A stretch of 64,000 nt of DNA from a virus, in IMG/VR virus record IMGVR_UViG_3300005534_000001, positions 28,528-92,527 of that record; one strand, 5' to 3'. The notes beneath the pieces were generated by a model, which worked only from the letters and a program-made list of their open reading frames with translations, ran no database searches and had not been told where the DNA came from. Made by a program: the position numbers and the translations under genes. Positions 52,862 to 63,123 of this stretch are shown piece by piece (position 1 is the first letter of the stretch; the number at the start of each line of letters is the position of its first letter).

Positions 52862-54597
52862 ACTAAAACCTCATGCCTCTCTTGTGGCATCTTCGCCAGA
52901 TACGATTCAGCCAGTCTCTTTATGTACCCTTCCGTGTTCTGAAGTTTCTCCAGCAATTCCTGCTTATCATCTCGCACGCCTTCAATCTGTGCTTTCTTCA
53001 GGCCCAACGCTTCAGTCATTAGCGGGTCTGATCCTTCCGTTGAAAGCAGGAAATACGATACTACTGGTTCGCTCTGCCCGTCTCTGTAAATTCTGCCGAT
53101 ATTCTGCTCCATGACTCCGGGAGACCAGTCTAATTCACCGTGGACGGTTGTTCTGCACACTTTCTGAAGGCCATCCATGCCAGCGCCTGCCCGAAGAGAA
53201 ATAATCATTCCCTTGGCCTTTTTACTCATGAAGTCTTGCTTTGCTTGTTCCTTTTGGGCTGCGCTTTCTGAGCCGGTATACATTACGAAGTTCAGGTCTT
53301 TGAGTCTGTCCAACCAAATATCGTACACGGCCCGATGCCATCCGAAGAGCACAACCTGTTCGCCGCTCTCTACGAGTAATCGGCAAAACTCTGCAACGTA
53401 TGGAGCCTTTGCAATTCCGGTTGCCTGCCGGATGATATTGTCCAACTGGCCAGAGCTTTCCATCTTTTGACCGCGATAAGATTCCCCTTGCGCCAAAATG
53501 ATCTTTGCCAGTTCCGCGCACGACAGGCTTACTTTGTCCAGTGCTTCGATATCGCAATCAATGTGATGTGGAATCTTTGTCAGTGCCGGGAGTTCGCGTC
53601 CTACATCGGCCCGCGTTCGCCGTAGCATCATGCCAGTTTCGCGCAAGTAGGCACCGAATGCCTTTGGGTCTTTGATGGCTAATTTGTTTTCTTGGTAATC
53701 GTGCTTGCACCATTCGCGGACAAACTCTTCATGGGAACCAAGAGCGCCAGGGCAAGTGCAATTCATCACATTGAACATTTCTCCGCCGAAGTTGTAGAAC
53801 GGGGTCGCTGATAATCCCATGCGAAATTGCGCTTTGCTGGAAATATGTTCCGCCGCCGCATACTTGGCGCTAGTCTTTTTACCGCTCTTCATGTGGCGCA
53901 ATTCCTGAACTTCATCAAAGACCACACTTTTTACGATTGGTGCCAATGTCTCAGCCCAGCCGCTCAACTTGTGGTAATTGATAATCACTACATCGGGAAA
54001 CGAATCTGGCAAAAATAGATTGCGAGTCTTGCGCCTGTTCGATGTTAGATCGTAGGGAGTGCCTTTCTTGATGATGTGTGTTCGTAACCCAGGTGCGAAT
54101 TTCTCAATCTCTGCCTGCCATTGAATCGGAAGGTGAGTCAATGTGACTACGAGCGCCGGCAGTGTTGCAGGATCAGAGAACGTACAAATTGCCGATGCGG
54201 TCTTTCCTAAACCTACATCGTCCGCAAGAAGTAGGCCGTGGCTAGCCAGTAAGAGATTCGCTGCTAGGCTCTGATATTCTCTTGGTGGAATCGCCATTTC
54301 AAATGGTTGCGAAGGAACGCGACGGCTCAATAGATCATCCACAAGCGCGGTACGTTCCATGTGGATGTTGGCTTGCACTTCAAGTTTGGCGCGGTCTGCT
54401 ACTTCCAACGGGTAGCGTTCCATGAACCAAATCAAATCGCGGCAATTCTCAGGCGTATCCGATATCAGGTGGTGGCCGTGTGAGAACTTGTCCACCTTGG
54501 CGAACACTCGTTTCAGGCGCAAGGCAATATGTGGCTCAAGAATTAATTGCCACGCCTTACGATCTTCGCGGTAAGAAACCTTTCCGTATGTTCTCAC
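52858..54597 (-). CDS. SNF2-family helicase
   Basis: LLADDVGLGKT, FDEVQ, LSATP, QNIGRIYRDGQ. Confidence 0.9.
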   Translation of the reverse strand: MRTYGKVSYREDRKAWQLILEPHIALRLKRVFAKVDKFSHGHHLISDTPENCRDLIWFMERYPLEVADRAKLEVQANIHMERTALVDDLLSRRVPSQPFEMAIPPREYQSLAANLLLASHGLLLADDVGLGKTASAICTFSDPATLPALVVTLTHLPIQWQAEIEKFAPGLRTHIIKKGTPYDLTSNRRKTRNLFLPDSFPDVVIINYHKLSGWAETLAPIVKSVVFDEVQELRHMKSGKKTSAKYAAAEHISSKAQFRMGLSATPFYNFGGEMFNVMNCTCPGALGSHEEFVREWCKHDYQENKLAIKDPKAFGAYLRETGMMLRRTRADVGRELPALTKIPHHIDCDIEALDKVSLSCAELAKIILAQGESYRGQKMESSGQLDNIIRQATGIAKAPYVAEFCRLLVESGEQVVLFGWHRAVYDIWLDRLKDLNFVMYTGSESAAQKEQAKQDFMSKKAKGMIISLRAGAGMDGLQKVCRTTVHGELDWSPGVMEQNIGRIYRDGQSEPVVSYFLLSTEGSDPLMTEALGLKKAQIEGVRDDKQELLEKLQNTEGYIKRLAESYLAKMPQERHEVLV

Positions 54598-54947
54598 AGT
54601 CCTCTCCGAGTTGAGATAAAGAACACGTCTACCTGCTTGCCGTTGATCTCCTGCGGCGCGTCCAAATGTTTTGCCTTTGTGGTAATCAGCATGATACTGC
54701 CGATGCTTTCATGCTGTGCATATCGGTGGAGCTGTCGAACTACAGCGGAGAAAGCGCCGTCAATCTTACACTCAATTCCAATGTTGCCGACCATGAAGTC
54801 GATGCGGTCTTTCGCGGTGATTCTTACTTCGCGCTCGAAGGCAATCTTGTTCTCTGTGAGCATGGCCGCAATTGATTGCTGGAGTTCGTCTTCACATTGG
54901 AAGTGGAACGAGTAGGACTCCATGAGTTTACGAATGCGGTCAATCAT
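54594..54947 (-). CDS. PD-(D/E)XK nuclease
   Basis: E..LQ..I..FEREV...RIDF...IGIECK...QL.RY. Confidence 0.75.
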   Translation of the reverse strand: MIDRIRKLMESYSFHFQCEDELQQSIAAMLTENKIAFEREVRITAKDRIDFMVGNIGIECKIDGAFSAVVRQLHRYAQHESIGSIMLITTKAKHLDAPQEINGKQVDVFFISTRRGL

Positions 54948-55030
54948 TTCCCTTGCTCTCCCTGTATTCCTTGCACCGTTCGCACTCGCAGTAAATCCGA
55001 TGAAGGCTTACTGTCTCTTCTTCTTGAGGA

Positions 55031-55246
55031 TCACTCTGCATACTTGGCCTTGATATCTCGCAACCAGTAAAGTTGTTTCGCGCTCACTGGCCGATTATTA
55101 TCTTCCATCTCATCCAAAAATTCGGTTTCTTTGCCCGTGAACTCGTCTGGACTAACGTCTGCCAGAATCTTCAGAATCCTAGTTGCTTCTGCTCTGCGAT
55201 CATCTGCTGTCCCGCCTGATTCGGTTGCTAAGGGATGGTAGGCCAT
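55031..55246 (-). CDS. hypothetical phage protein (E.EFL..M....S.KQ..WL..I)
   Basis: GAAGGAG RBS. Confidence 0.6.
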   Translation of the reverse strand: MAYHPLATESGGTADDRRAEATRILKILADVSPDEFTGKETEFLDEMEDNNRPVSAKQLYWLRDIKAKYAE

Positions 55247-55318
55247 TTGTTCTCCTTCTTGATTGAATATTGATCCGCGCAGTACCCTATCGGCACTGCG
55301 CGGGGGAACTGATAACCT

Positions 55319-55957
55319 TCAAAACGTTATCGGCTGAAGGTGTTTGTTTTTCGGAATTTCCCAGACAATGTGCTTCGGTTGAACTTTGGCTCCGAGATTT
55401 GGCGCAACGTCTCCGCAGTTCGGATCACCGAAGCATGTACAACTACCGCTCTGGCAAGTTTCTCCAGCCTGACACACATTACCCTGGCCACCACAGTTCT
55501 GGAAGTCTGTATTGAAATTGGTGCAATGTCCTCCTCCAAAAGAGTCGGAGTTATTCACACAATCTGGAAAGCTTGGACTTGCGCAATCAAGACTTGTGGT
55601 GCAGGTGTCAACTAGCTGTAGATGCTTATTTTTTGGAAGCATCCATGCTACGTGTTTGGGCGTGGCCTTTGCCCCTTGATTTGGAGCTATGCCATCTCCG
55701 CAGTTTTCATCGCCAAAACATGTACAGCTTCCGTTCGAGCATCGGTCGCCACTGCTACATGTACTCCCGACGCCACCGCAATTAAGCGAATCGTTTTGGC
55801 AGTCTACGTAGAAGCATTTGGTGAAAACCCAATACCCCGCTCCATCGTAATATCCGCAACCACCTGGCGGGGTATTGCCAGAGCAGACTGTTTGTTGAGC
55901 GTTTGATACTCCCACCATCGCCACGATAGCGATGGAAATCAGGATCAATTTTTTCAT
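55319..55957 (-). CDS. secreted Cys-rich protein with two STIG1/MXAN_6577-like repeats
   Basis: MKKLILISIAIVAMVGVSNA|QQ; 20 Cys; duplicated D..NCGG.G..C..G..C..GSCTCFGD.NCGD..APN.GAK..PKH..W..PKNKHLQ. Confidence 0.8.
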   Translation of the reverse strand: MKKLILISIAIVAMVGVSNAQQTVCSGNTPPGGCGYYDGAGYWVFTKCFYVDCQNDSLNCGGVGSTCSSGDRCSNGSCTCFGDENCGDGIAPNQGAKATPKHVAWMLPKNKHLQLVDTCTTSLDCASPSFPDCVNNSDSFGGGHCTNFNTDFQNCGGQGNVCQAGETCQSGSCTCFGDPNCGDVAPNLGAKVQPKHIVWEIPKNKHLQPITF

Positions 55958-56198
55958 GTTTCATTTTCCTTTCAATTGTTACAGTGGTTGAGGGCATTCG
56001 CATTCAGTGAGATTCTTGCCGCAAAATCCGCAATCAATCGCGGCATGGATTCGGCCCAGATTTTCAATAGCTTCTGGTTCCGTTTCCCCGACTCCCACTT
56101 CTGGGCGCTCTGAAGTCCAAGCGTGCCAAGCGTGTTGGCCACGGATGGCAACCTTAGCGGTATGGATTTCAGTGGTTTGAGTTTCGCCTCGCGCAATC

Positions 56199-56435
56199 CT
56201 ACTGGTTGGCATGGACGCCACCTTGCAGGGGATTTGCCAGCCACGCCTCTCGTTCAAGGTGCAACTCGGCCACGATTTCCGAGCGAGATTTAGGCAAGCC
56301 ATGTTCGTTTTTATTGAACGGGTTCATGGTCTGCTCAAAGACCTTGGTTTGCTGATGCCATTTGCCGTCACCGTCTTTCCACCGGCGCACGGCTTTAAGC
56401 TGGACGCGCTGAAAGCGGATTCTAGTTGTTGGCAT
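56199..56435 (-). CDS. hypothetical phage protein (F.QT.NPFNKN..G.PK family)
   Basis: GGAG RBS; conserved-looking motif. Confidence 0.6.
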   Translation of the reverse strand: MPTTRIRFQRVQLKAVRRWKDGDGKWHQQTKVFEQTMNPFNKNEHGLPKSRSEIVAELHLEREAWLANPLQGGVHANQ

Positions 56436-56712
56436 GAACCCGCTCCGTGGTTTGCCCGTTGGCATTTTCTATATAGGCGCAGTCGAACTCTTCGCCAACT
56501 TCGAAGGAGTTTTCGGTCGTCAATGGTTGATGGGAAATGTAATAGGTTTCAAGGCCATTAACGCCAGAAATGCAGTCAATAGCTTGAATGTTTAGACTAT
56601 GGGCGTCCTTCGGGGCGACAATTTGAGGGTCTTTACCGCAGGCACGAATAAACACCTTGTCCGCGCTGACTATCTTGGTTGAACTACCTTTTTTCAATTT
56701 AACTGTGAACAT
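56422..56712 (-). CDS. hypothetical phage protein (AYIEN.NG.T.E family)
   Basis: AAGGAG RBS. Confidence 0.6.
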   Translation of the reverse strand: MFTVKLKKGSSTKIVSADKVFIRACGKDPQIVAPKDAHSLNIQAIDCISGVNGLETYYISHQPLTTENSFEVGEEFDCAYIENANGQTTERVHANN

Positions 56713-56813
56713 AACTACTACTCCTTGTGCTACTTCTGAATTTTCCGCTACGGCGGAATCTTGGTAATGCTACTCTACCTTATGGTTTTTACTTCACTTT
56801 GGTTACAAGGGAG

Positions 56814-57629
56814 TCACACATAATGTCTTATTGGTCTTTCCATCAACGTGCTATTCCGCGCAATCCAAGCCTGAATGTTCGGAAAGTCAATCAACTTTAT
56901 CGGCAATGGAAATCGGCTGAAAATTTCTACTCCAGGATACGGCTCGGCGCATTTCTTGCAAGCGTAATCAGTCCACGATATGCGACCGAATGAAACTCCA
57001 TACCCGCATTGCTCCGCATTATCACCGCAGAACGCGCAGACCTTTCCGGTATTACCAACGTACAACTTGTAAGCGAAATCGTTGCGCTCTCCCCAATCCG
57101 TTTCGTGAACGTGCGGCCTCTTTGTGAAATACATTTCTGCCGTATTCAGATCTCTTGCTACTTCGTCCACGGTCATATCTCGGCCAACTTGGTTCGGCTT
57201 CCAGTCTTCGGCCACTCGCGCAAGCTCCCACGGGATTGAAGGTTTTCCATATCCTCGAAAAAACTTCTGGTGTGGAATGTGCCATGTTGGCCCGTTCTGA
57301 ATCCGCGTCTCTACGAACATAAGCGAATGCCGCCCAGTACTAGAACACGCTCGGCAATGCGGCCATGTATACCCATTGCTGTCGTAATACTTTCCTGTTC
57401 CTGAACAGCCGCGACAGACCACCATTGCTCTGATGTGCTCATGCTGACAGGTTAGATTGTTGTCTGCCCATTCGATTGCTTGACCTTTTAGCCAATAGAT
57501 CGCATAGAATGGTGAACTGTGCCAATGGCCTTTGCGATATGATTCTGAGCGTACCCAGGAGTTTAGCCGGTCTATAGCTAAGATGTGTTCGGGCATGGGA
57601 GAGGGGAAGGTCATTGCATTATCTCTCAC
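56814..57629 (-). CDS. hypothetical protein with a DnaJ-like CxxCxGxG Zn finger
   Basis: CRGCSGTG..CRACSSTG; further CxxC pairs. Confidence 0.6.
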   Translation of the reverse strand: MRDNAMTFPSPMPEHILAIDRLNSWVRSESYRKGHWHSSPFYAIYWLKGQAIEWADNNLTCQHEHIRAMVVCRGCSGTGKYYDSNGYTWPHCRACSSTGRHSLMFVETRIQNGPTWHIPHQKFFRGYGKPSIPWELARVAEDWKPNQVGRDMTVDEVARDLNTAEMYFTKRPHVHETDWGERNDFAYKLYVGNTGKVCAFCGDNAEQCGYGVSFGRISWTDYACKKCAEPYPGVEIFSRFPLPIKLIDFPNIQAWIARNSTLMERPIRHYV

Positions 57630-58636
57630 TCGTAAAGTGTGGCCTGGGGAATCTCTTCAGTTTCTTCCTCTGCGAATTGATGGTGGGTACTTTCTAATTC
57701 ACCGAAGCCATGTTCCAAGTAATAAGCGATGTTACGCTTCGATTGATTGAAGTATCCGGTCTTAAGCTCTATGCCGATCGCACGGTACCCGTTGACCAAA
57801 GCGGCGCAGACTTCTGACCCAACTCCCATGAATGGAGTAAGTACGGTTTCTCCTGGGTTTGACCATAGCGCCAGGGCGCGCTCGATCACATCAAGTTGCA
57901 GAGGGTGCGGTACCTGCTCGTCGCCCTCTTCCCTTGCATTCTTGAATGGCAGTGTGCGCCAGATGCGGATATCGTCCCAGAATGCAGAAGCGTACTGCCG
58001 CCAGATCCATTGCGAATATTTGTTGCCAAGTTGGGAGCCTTCATGGCCTCTATATTTGAGAAATTCGGCTGGTACTTGCCTCTCGCCGGCGTAGTTCATT
58101 AACCCAGTTGGATGAACAATCGGGATAGGGTTTGTGCCTTTGCGCCGAAACACAAGTAGGTAGTCAGCCGACGCGTTGGAGCATCGAGACGAGTCCTCAA
58201 TGACGGTGGTATGGAATAGGGACTTCATCAGCGTTCGATTTCGCAACGCCAGTGGCTCTTTCCATACGCAGTACCGGGCCACATATCGCCAGCCTTCACT
58301 CTCGTGCAATCGGATGATATCGCCGGGGAAATCCACAAGATAGTCGTTGCCGGTGTTTCCGCTGGCAATATCCATACAGTGAACGGCTGTCATCCTGCCT
58401 GGCATTGTTACCCGGCCAATCTCCTTCACGATGAATTGGTAATGTTTAAAAAATTGCTTGTAATCATCGGCATTCGACAGATCGCGCTCACTTGAGGAAT
58501 AGCAGTACAGGCCGCCGAACGGAGGAGAATAGATAGACAAGTGGATAGATTCTTTCGGAAGGGCCTGCATGACTTCTCCGCAGTCTCCAAGATAGATCGC
58601 GTATTTGTCGGTAATTTTCTGGTCTTTCACAGCCAT
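57626..58636 (-). CDS. DNA methyltransferase (N4-C/N6-A, beta class)
   Basis: IYSPPF catalytic motif; HPLQLDVIER; LTPFMGVGSE SAM motif; GIELK. Confidence 0.9.
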   Translation of the reverse strand: MAVKDQKITDKYAIYLGDCGEVMQALPKESIHLSIYSPPFGGLYCYSSSERDLSNADDYKQFFKHYQFIVKEIGRVTMPGRMTAVHCMDIASGNTGNDYLVDFPGDIIRLHESEGWRYVARYCVWKEPLALRNRTLMKSLFHTTVIEDSSRCSNASADYLLVFRRKGTNPIPIVHPTGLMNYAGERQVPAEFLKYRGHEGSQLGNKYSQWIWRQYASAFWDDIRIWRTLPFKNAREEGDEQVPHPLQLDVIERALALWSNPGETVLTPFMGVGSEVCAALVNGYRAIGIELKTGYFNQSKRNIAYYLEHGFGELESTHHQFAEEETEEIPQATLYE

Positions 58637-60006
58637 GCCGGCACCATTTCCTTTTGCTGAAAATCGTTTGATTTGTGTAACTGGAGAGCTTCGTTCATAT
58701 GGGCGACTAAGCGGATAAACATATTGTCAGCGGCTCTCTGTTTGTGTTGCAGGTTGGCCATCACTCCGCGCTCTGCTTCAGAAACTACGATGTCAATAGT
58801 GACCGGACGGTTCTGGCCGAAACGCCAGCAGCGCCGTACTGCTTGGTAATACTGTTCGAAGCTATGCGAAGGGAATGTAACCTCGTGGGCGCAGTGCTGG
58901 AAATTCAGACCCCAGCAACCAATCTTGGGTTTGGTGATGAGTCGGCGAATTTTGCCAGCCGCGAATGCGTTTAACTTTTCTTCCTTGGCATCGTCCGGAT
59001 CATTGCCTGATACTTGGACGGAATCGGGAATGATTTCGTTAAGCATATCTCCTTCGACATTCAAATGGCACCAAATCAAAGACACATCGCGGTGGCGAAC
59101 CAACTCTTCAACTTGCTCACATCTCTCTCGCAAAGTTCTGCGGCGTTCGTCGGTTTGCTCCCGGATGCTGGTCGCGGCAACATGGAAGAGTTTGTCCGGC
59201 GGGAGACTGCGCGATTTTACGATGTGCTCGCTCTCAATTAATTCTGGTAGATTGAATCTGCCGTCATCAAATCCGATATCACTGGGCTTGCGCAGGGCCC
59301 TGGCGAATGAGCATACCCATTTCCAGAATGCCTCTTCAGCGTGGCCCTTGAATACCCACTTCGGAAGAATCAAGCCTTCCCTGGTTCTGCGGCCTCTGCG
59401 CTCGGCCTCGCTCATTTTCTCTTCGTTTTTAAAGAATCTGGCCAGCATTTCACTGTAGTCGAGATATCCCAGGGCTTCGCTGCTTGTTCCTAGTTCAATG
59501 TAGTCATTAGGTGCAGCCGTGGCCGTGCAGAGCAGTCGGTATGGAATCTGACGCATGAACGCGGTGATCTGGCGCCGGCGCGTTCCGTCGAAGGATTTGA
59601 GGATTGATGACTCATCTAATACAATGCCGCTAAAATCATCAGGATTGAAATAGTGCAGGCGCTCATAGTTGCAGACATTGATGCCGCCTTTCAGCTCGCC
59701 GTTGCCGCTGCGGTAACATTCAATGCCGACCTTGTCAGCTTCGCGTAGGGTCTGGCTGGAAACGGCCAGCGGGGTAAGGATTAATACTTTCCGATTGGTC
59801 TGCATGACTATGTTTTCAGCCCAGGCGAGCTGCATCGGAGTTTTGCCTAACCCGCAATCGGCGAAGAGTGCGCCACGACCTTTCCTGACAAGCAAGTTGA
59901 CTAGGAATCGCTGAAAGTCAAACAGCGGCCCACAGTCCCAAACAGGTTCGAATCCGTCATTGAACTGCATTTGGGATTTGCTCTTAATAAATTGCTCGTA
60001 GTTCAT
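58627..60006 (-). CDS. SNF2-like helicase paired with the methyltransferase
   Basis: FADCGLGKT, LDESSILK, TATAAPND, QAVRRCWRFGQ; ATG 60006 after GAGGGAGG. Confidence 0.9.
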   Translation of the reverse strand: MNYEQFIKSKSQMQFNDGFEPVWDCGPLFDFQRFLVNLLVRKGRGALFADCGLGKTPMQLAWAENIVMQTNRKVLILTPLAVSSQTLREADKVGIECYRSGNGELKGGINVCNYERLHYFNPDDFSGIVLDESSILKSFDGTRRRQITAFMRQIPYRLLCTATAAPNDYIELGTSSEALGYLDYSEMLARFFKNEEKMSEAERRGRRTREGLILPKWVFKGHAEEAFWKWVCSFARALRKPSDIGFDDGRFNLPELIESEHIVKSRSLPPDKLFHVAATSIREQTDERRRTLRERCEQVEELVRHRDVSLIWCHLNVEGDMLNEIIPDSVQVSGNDPDDAKEEKLNAFAAGKIRRLITKPKIGCWGLNFQHCAHEVTFPSHSFEQYYQAVRRCWRFGQNRPVTIDIVVSEAERGVMANLQHKQRAADNMFIRLVAHMNEALQLHKSNDFQQKEMVPAWL

Positions 60007-60023
60007 GCCTCCCTCAATCCCTC

Positions 60024-60344
60024 TCATTCGGCTTTCTCCCTTGCAACATTGATCAGATAATCCCGGCAAAGATCGTAATGGCCCCAATACGCTCGTAAAT
60101 GCCATCCTGCCCACGTTCCCCAGTCCTTAACGCTTTCCTCTGTCAATTGCTTCTGACGCTGCACATCGGCCAGCAGATCGTTAAAGCGCCTCATCAAATT
60201 CGCCCTCTGCAATCTGATTGAGCACGAACGGCAAAACGGAGAATTAGCCCACTTCTCAGACTTGCAAGCTGCGCATGTCGTGCTCTCATACTCTGCCTCG
60301 AATTGCTCCAGCGCCGCGATTAGGACATGGCCGTTACGCTCCAT
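60024..60344 (-). CDS. Zn-finger hypothetical protein
   Basis: CxxC..FCxxC. Confidence 0.5.
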   Translation of the reverse strand: MERNGHVLIAALEQFEAEYESTTCAACKSEKWANSPFCRSCSIRLQRANLMRRFNDLLADVQRQKQLTEESVKDWGTWAGWHLRAYWGHYDLCRDYLINVAREKAE

Positions 60345-61090
60345 TACTTCACTGAATCCTTCAACTCAATGCCTGATGCCTCAATTGATTGAATCAGGCC
60401 GTCTCTGGTAATAGGCTTAGGGTTCTGTGGACCTTCCGTATTGCCGTCTTCAGGCTCAAACTCACGAGTACCACAGCCCTGCTCTTTCATCTGCTTCGCA
60501 ATCGCTTTGATGGTGGTCTTTTTGGTGAATGAGACTGTTAGCTTATATGGCTTGGTCGCCTGTTTGCCAAGACCTCCACCGAAGACTTCGCCAATGTACA
60601 CGTAGGCGATTCCAGTGTTCTCTTTGTCGAACTCAATGCCGCGAAAACGATGGCCGTAATTCAGCAGAGACCGCAGCGCCTTGTGAATCTTTGTTGCCGC
60701 GCTTTGCTTGTCGCCTTCCCATAGGAATTTTTCATGGATGCCAACGACTCGGACATAACTCTCATTGCCGTAATTGCAGAGTTTATCTGTGCCGATTGCG
60801 CGAAGGCACAGCCCATGAGGATCATGCGGTATCCCTTGCTCATGTACGAAACTGATAAGCCAGGGATTCTGCTGGATGCCGGTGCTCGTGCGACAGACAA
60901 CGAGCTCTCCCTTTGCGAACGGCTTCTTGTTGAATAAATCCCATTCGCACAAGACATGAGAAATAGAGTGAGGGCTGGCCATGTACCGCCTGACTTCTGG
61001 CAACATCTGAAGTTTCTCAAGTTCGATGGCTAGGATTGCGGCGATGTTTGTAAGGATGCGTTCACGGTCTGTCATCTTATCGTTCTTCAT
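60344..61090 (-). CDS. hypothetical protein
   Basis: Long ORF; ATG 61090 overlaps upstream stop. Confidence 0.6.
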   Translation of the reverse strand: MKNDKMTDRERILTNIAAILAIELEKLQMLPEVRRYMASPHSISHVLCEWDLFNKKPFAKGELVVCRTSTGIQQNPWLISFVHEQGIPHDPHGLCLRAIGTDKLCNYGNESYVRVVGIHEKFLWEGDKQSAATKIHKALRSLLNYGHRFRGIEFDKENTGIAYVYIGEVFGGGLGKQATKPYKLTVSFTKKTTIKAIAKQMKEQGCGTREFEPEDGNTEGPQNPKPITRDGLIQSIEASGIELKDSVK

Positions 61091-61383
61091 TTGTCTTTCC
61101 TGCTCGTCTGACATTGGAACTGATCTCCTACTTTCTTCCATGCCCAGTTATCAATTTGCTCGTTCTCGTGAAGATCGTAAGCGCGGTCACACTTTGGGCA
61201 ATATCTGTGCGGCCCGGTTGGCGTGCTGAAACGCGATTTATAGACAAGCGGTTTACGTCCGCAGCATCGGCCCTTTTCGTCTAGATGCATTGGTGCTGAA
61301 AGGATCACGCCTTGGCCTTCGCACTGCGGATGGTTATCGCTCACTTTGTTTTCCTCGCTTCCATCTCCAGGCAAGCCCGACAA
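61087..61383 (-). CDS. hypothetical phage protein (CCGRKPLVYK..C..C.RAY..EQ..NWAW)
   Basis: Motif-rich; start uncertain. Confidence 0.55.
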   Translation of the reverse strand: MSGLPGDGSEENKVSDNHPQCEGQGVILSAPMHLDEKGRCCGRKPLVYKSRFSTPTGPHRYCPKCDRAYDLHENEQIDNWAWKKVGDQFQCQTSRKDK

Positions 61384-61683
61384 CTTGGATCGCGCTTGCC
61401 ATTATGCGCCGCTTTTCGATGGCATTCAATCGCTTCTTTCAGATGATCCTTGTGAAAGATTCTCTCTATTGCATACCTGCCGTGACGAGCATTCGTAAGT
61501 GGGCGATTCATCTGTGTTCCCTGTTTTGCCATTCAGAAAGTTCTTGATCATCAATATTGCGGGCGAACAGGAACACGCACAGACAGGCAATCATCATTGA
61601 CAGGGCAAGCAAGCCTATCAGTAGCCAGTAAAATGGGTTCATAAATACTCCTGATTAAACTGCGGGCTTGTTAGGCCCGCGTG

Positions 61684-62382
61684 TTAGTTGACCGCTTCCC
61701 CTGTCTGTCTTGACCTGAAGCTTCTCCGCACACGATCTACCGGCGTCTGCGTTTTGCTCACTTCTTCAGGCTTGATGTCGGCCACTGCTTCGGCTCTCTC
61801 TTCCGTTTGCTCGTCTTCGGGAAGGGATGATTCGGAATCGTCTTCATTGTCTTCTTCGGTCTCTGGCTCCGGCTGGTCGCCGATGCGCATTTGAAGCGGA
61901 GGTTTCTCGTCTTGGATTGGATGGAAGTCCGGCGAAGGAACGAAGTCACACCATAGTTTACAGCCCCAATAGCGGTCCACAAAACGCCATAGACCTTTAA
62001 ACCACGGCACGTTGTATTCGAGCCGCAAAACGGTCACATATGAGTCCTTTTCTTTTTCGCGGGAGAGTTCAAACTTCTGGAGGGTAAGGCCGGTAGCGCG
62101 TTGGACTTTTTCTGCACTTGTATCCGTGTCATAGAAATCCATGCTCATCTGTTCGAGGATGATATCTGAAGAGAATGTCCCACTGCCGCGCTCTTTTTCT
62201 ACAGCATGGAAACCTTCGGTGAGGAATTCGGGAAAGCCTTCAAAACTCTCGCCGGTTATTGGAAGTTTGAATTTGAAGAGAACTCGCTTTTCATTCTCAT
62301 TGTTTTTCTTTGGCGACCAGCTTTCAAGAATGATTGCCCGCTTCTTGGCTGGAAAGAATTGAAACCTAATGTCTTCTGTCAT
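61684..62382 (-). CDS. hypothetical protein with acidic C-tail
   Basis: AAGGAG RBS; 232 aa. Confidence 0.6.
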   Translation of the reverse strand: MTEDIRFQFFPAKKRAIILESWSPKKNNENEKRVLFKFKLPITGESFEGFPEFLTEGFHAVEKERGSGTFSSDIILEQMSMDFYDTDTSAEKVQRATGLTLQKFELSREKEKDSYVTVLRLEYNVPWFKGLWRFVDRYWGCKLWCDFVPSPDFHPIQDEKPPLQMRIGDQPEPETEEDNEDDSESSLPEDEQTEERAEAVADIKPEEVSKTQTPVDRVRRSFRSRQTGEAVN

Positions 62383-62395
62383 TGATTCTCCTTTG

Positions 62396-62770
62396 CTAAA
62401 ATGCTTTATTCATCTCTTCCGCTGTCTTGTCCCTTACCAGCACTTCAGGCCGCGATAAACTCTCTTGCAGGATTTCGGCCAAGTGTTGTGCATCCTTCGG
62501 TGCCTTCTCTATCTCCCGCGCCACCCATTCAACATCGGGCGAATAGGCGAACATCAATTCAATTCGCGTTGGCAGTTCCGGGATGAACTCGTTCAGAAAC
62601 TTGTGGATCGGCTGGCCCTGCTTCAGTTTCTCAATGTTTCCCGGTTCGAGAATCATCAAGATAATGACTTTCCCTTCGCCATCGTGCAACCGTGCAGCAA
62701 TCATAGATATGCCTCTCGGTCTTTCTGGTACCACGGCTTGAAGCTCTTCAGGAATTCCATTGTCGGCCAA
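62396..62770 (-). CDS. hypothetical protein (N.E.LK.G.PI motif; start probably near 62705)
   Basis: ORF coupled to the upstream gene. Confidence 0.5.
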   Translation of the reverse strand: MADNGIPEELQAVVPERPRGISMIAARLHDGEGKVIILMILEPGNIEKLKQGQPIHKFLNEFIPELPTRIELMFAYSPDVEWVAREIEKAPKDAQHLAEILQESLSRPEVLVRDKTAEEMNKAF

Positions 62771-63123
62771 GTCCCAGTGAACAGCACTCCGCGATCATCA
62801 AGAGTGACATGGGCAGGCGGTTTCTCCAAGGGGAATTTCAATTGAGTCAGAAAGAAAGTAGTTCGCGGTTCAGTGTGACCGTTGGCCCATTCGGTACCGT
62901 GCTTATCAAACCAGTCTTTCATTGCCTGAAGGCCGCCCTCTTGATGAGACCGCGAAGAGAAAATGTTGACTTCGAACTCCCGTATCGCTTGATCCAGGAA
63001 TTCAAAAAGGCCATTCACTGGAGGATCTGGAATTACCGCAGCGCCTTTCCATCCTGAATATCGGCTTACTGTGCCGTCGAAATCAAGGCAAAGAATCGGC
63101 TTGCGTCCAATTAAATCGGTCAA
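62701..63123 (-). CDS. HAD-superfamily phosphatase
   Basis: LDFDGTV motif I, FSSR motif II, KPP...LDDR motifs III/IV. Confidence 0.85.
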   Translation of the reverse strand: MTDLIGRKPILCLDFDGTVSRYSGWKGAAVIPDPPVNGLFEFLDQAIREFEVNIFSSRSHQEGGLQAMKDWFDKHGTEWANGHTEPRTTFFLTQLKFPLEKPPAHVTLDDRGVLFTGTWPTMEFLKSFKPWYQKDREAYL

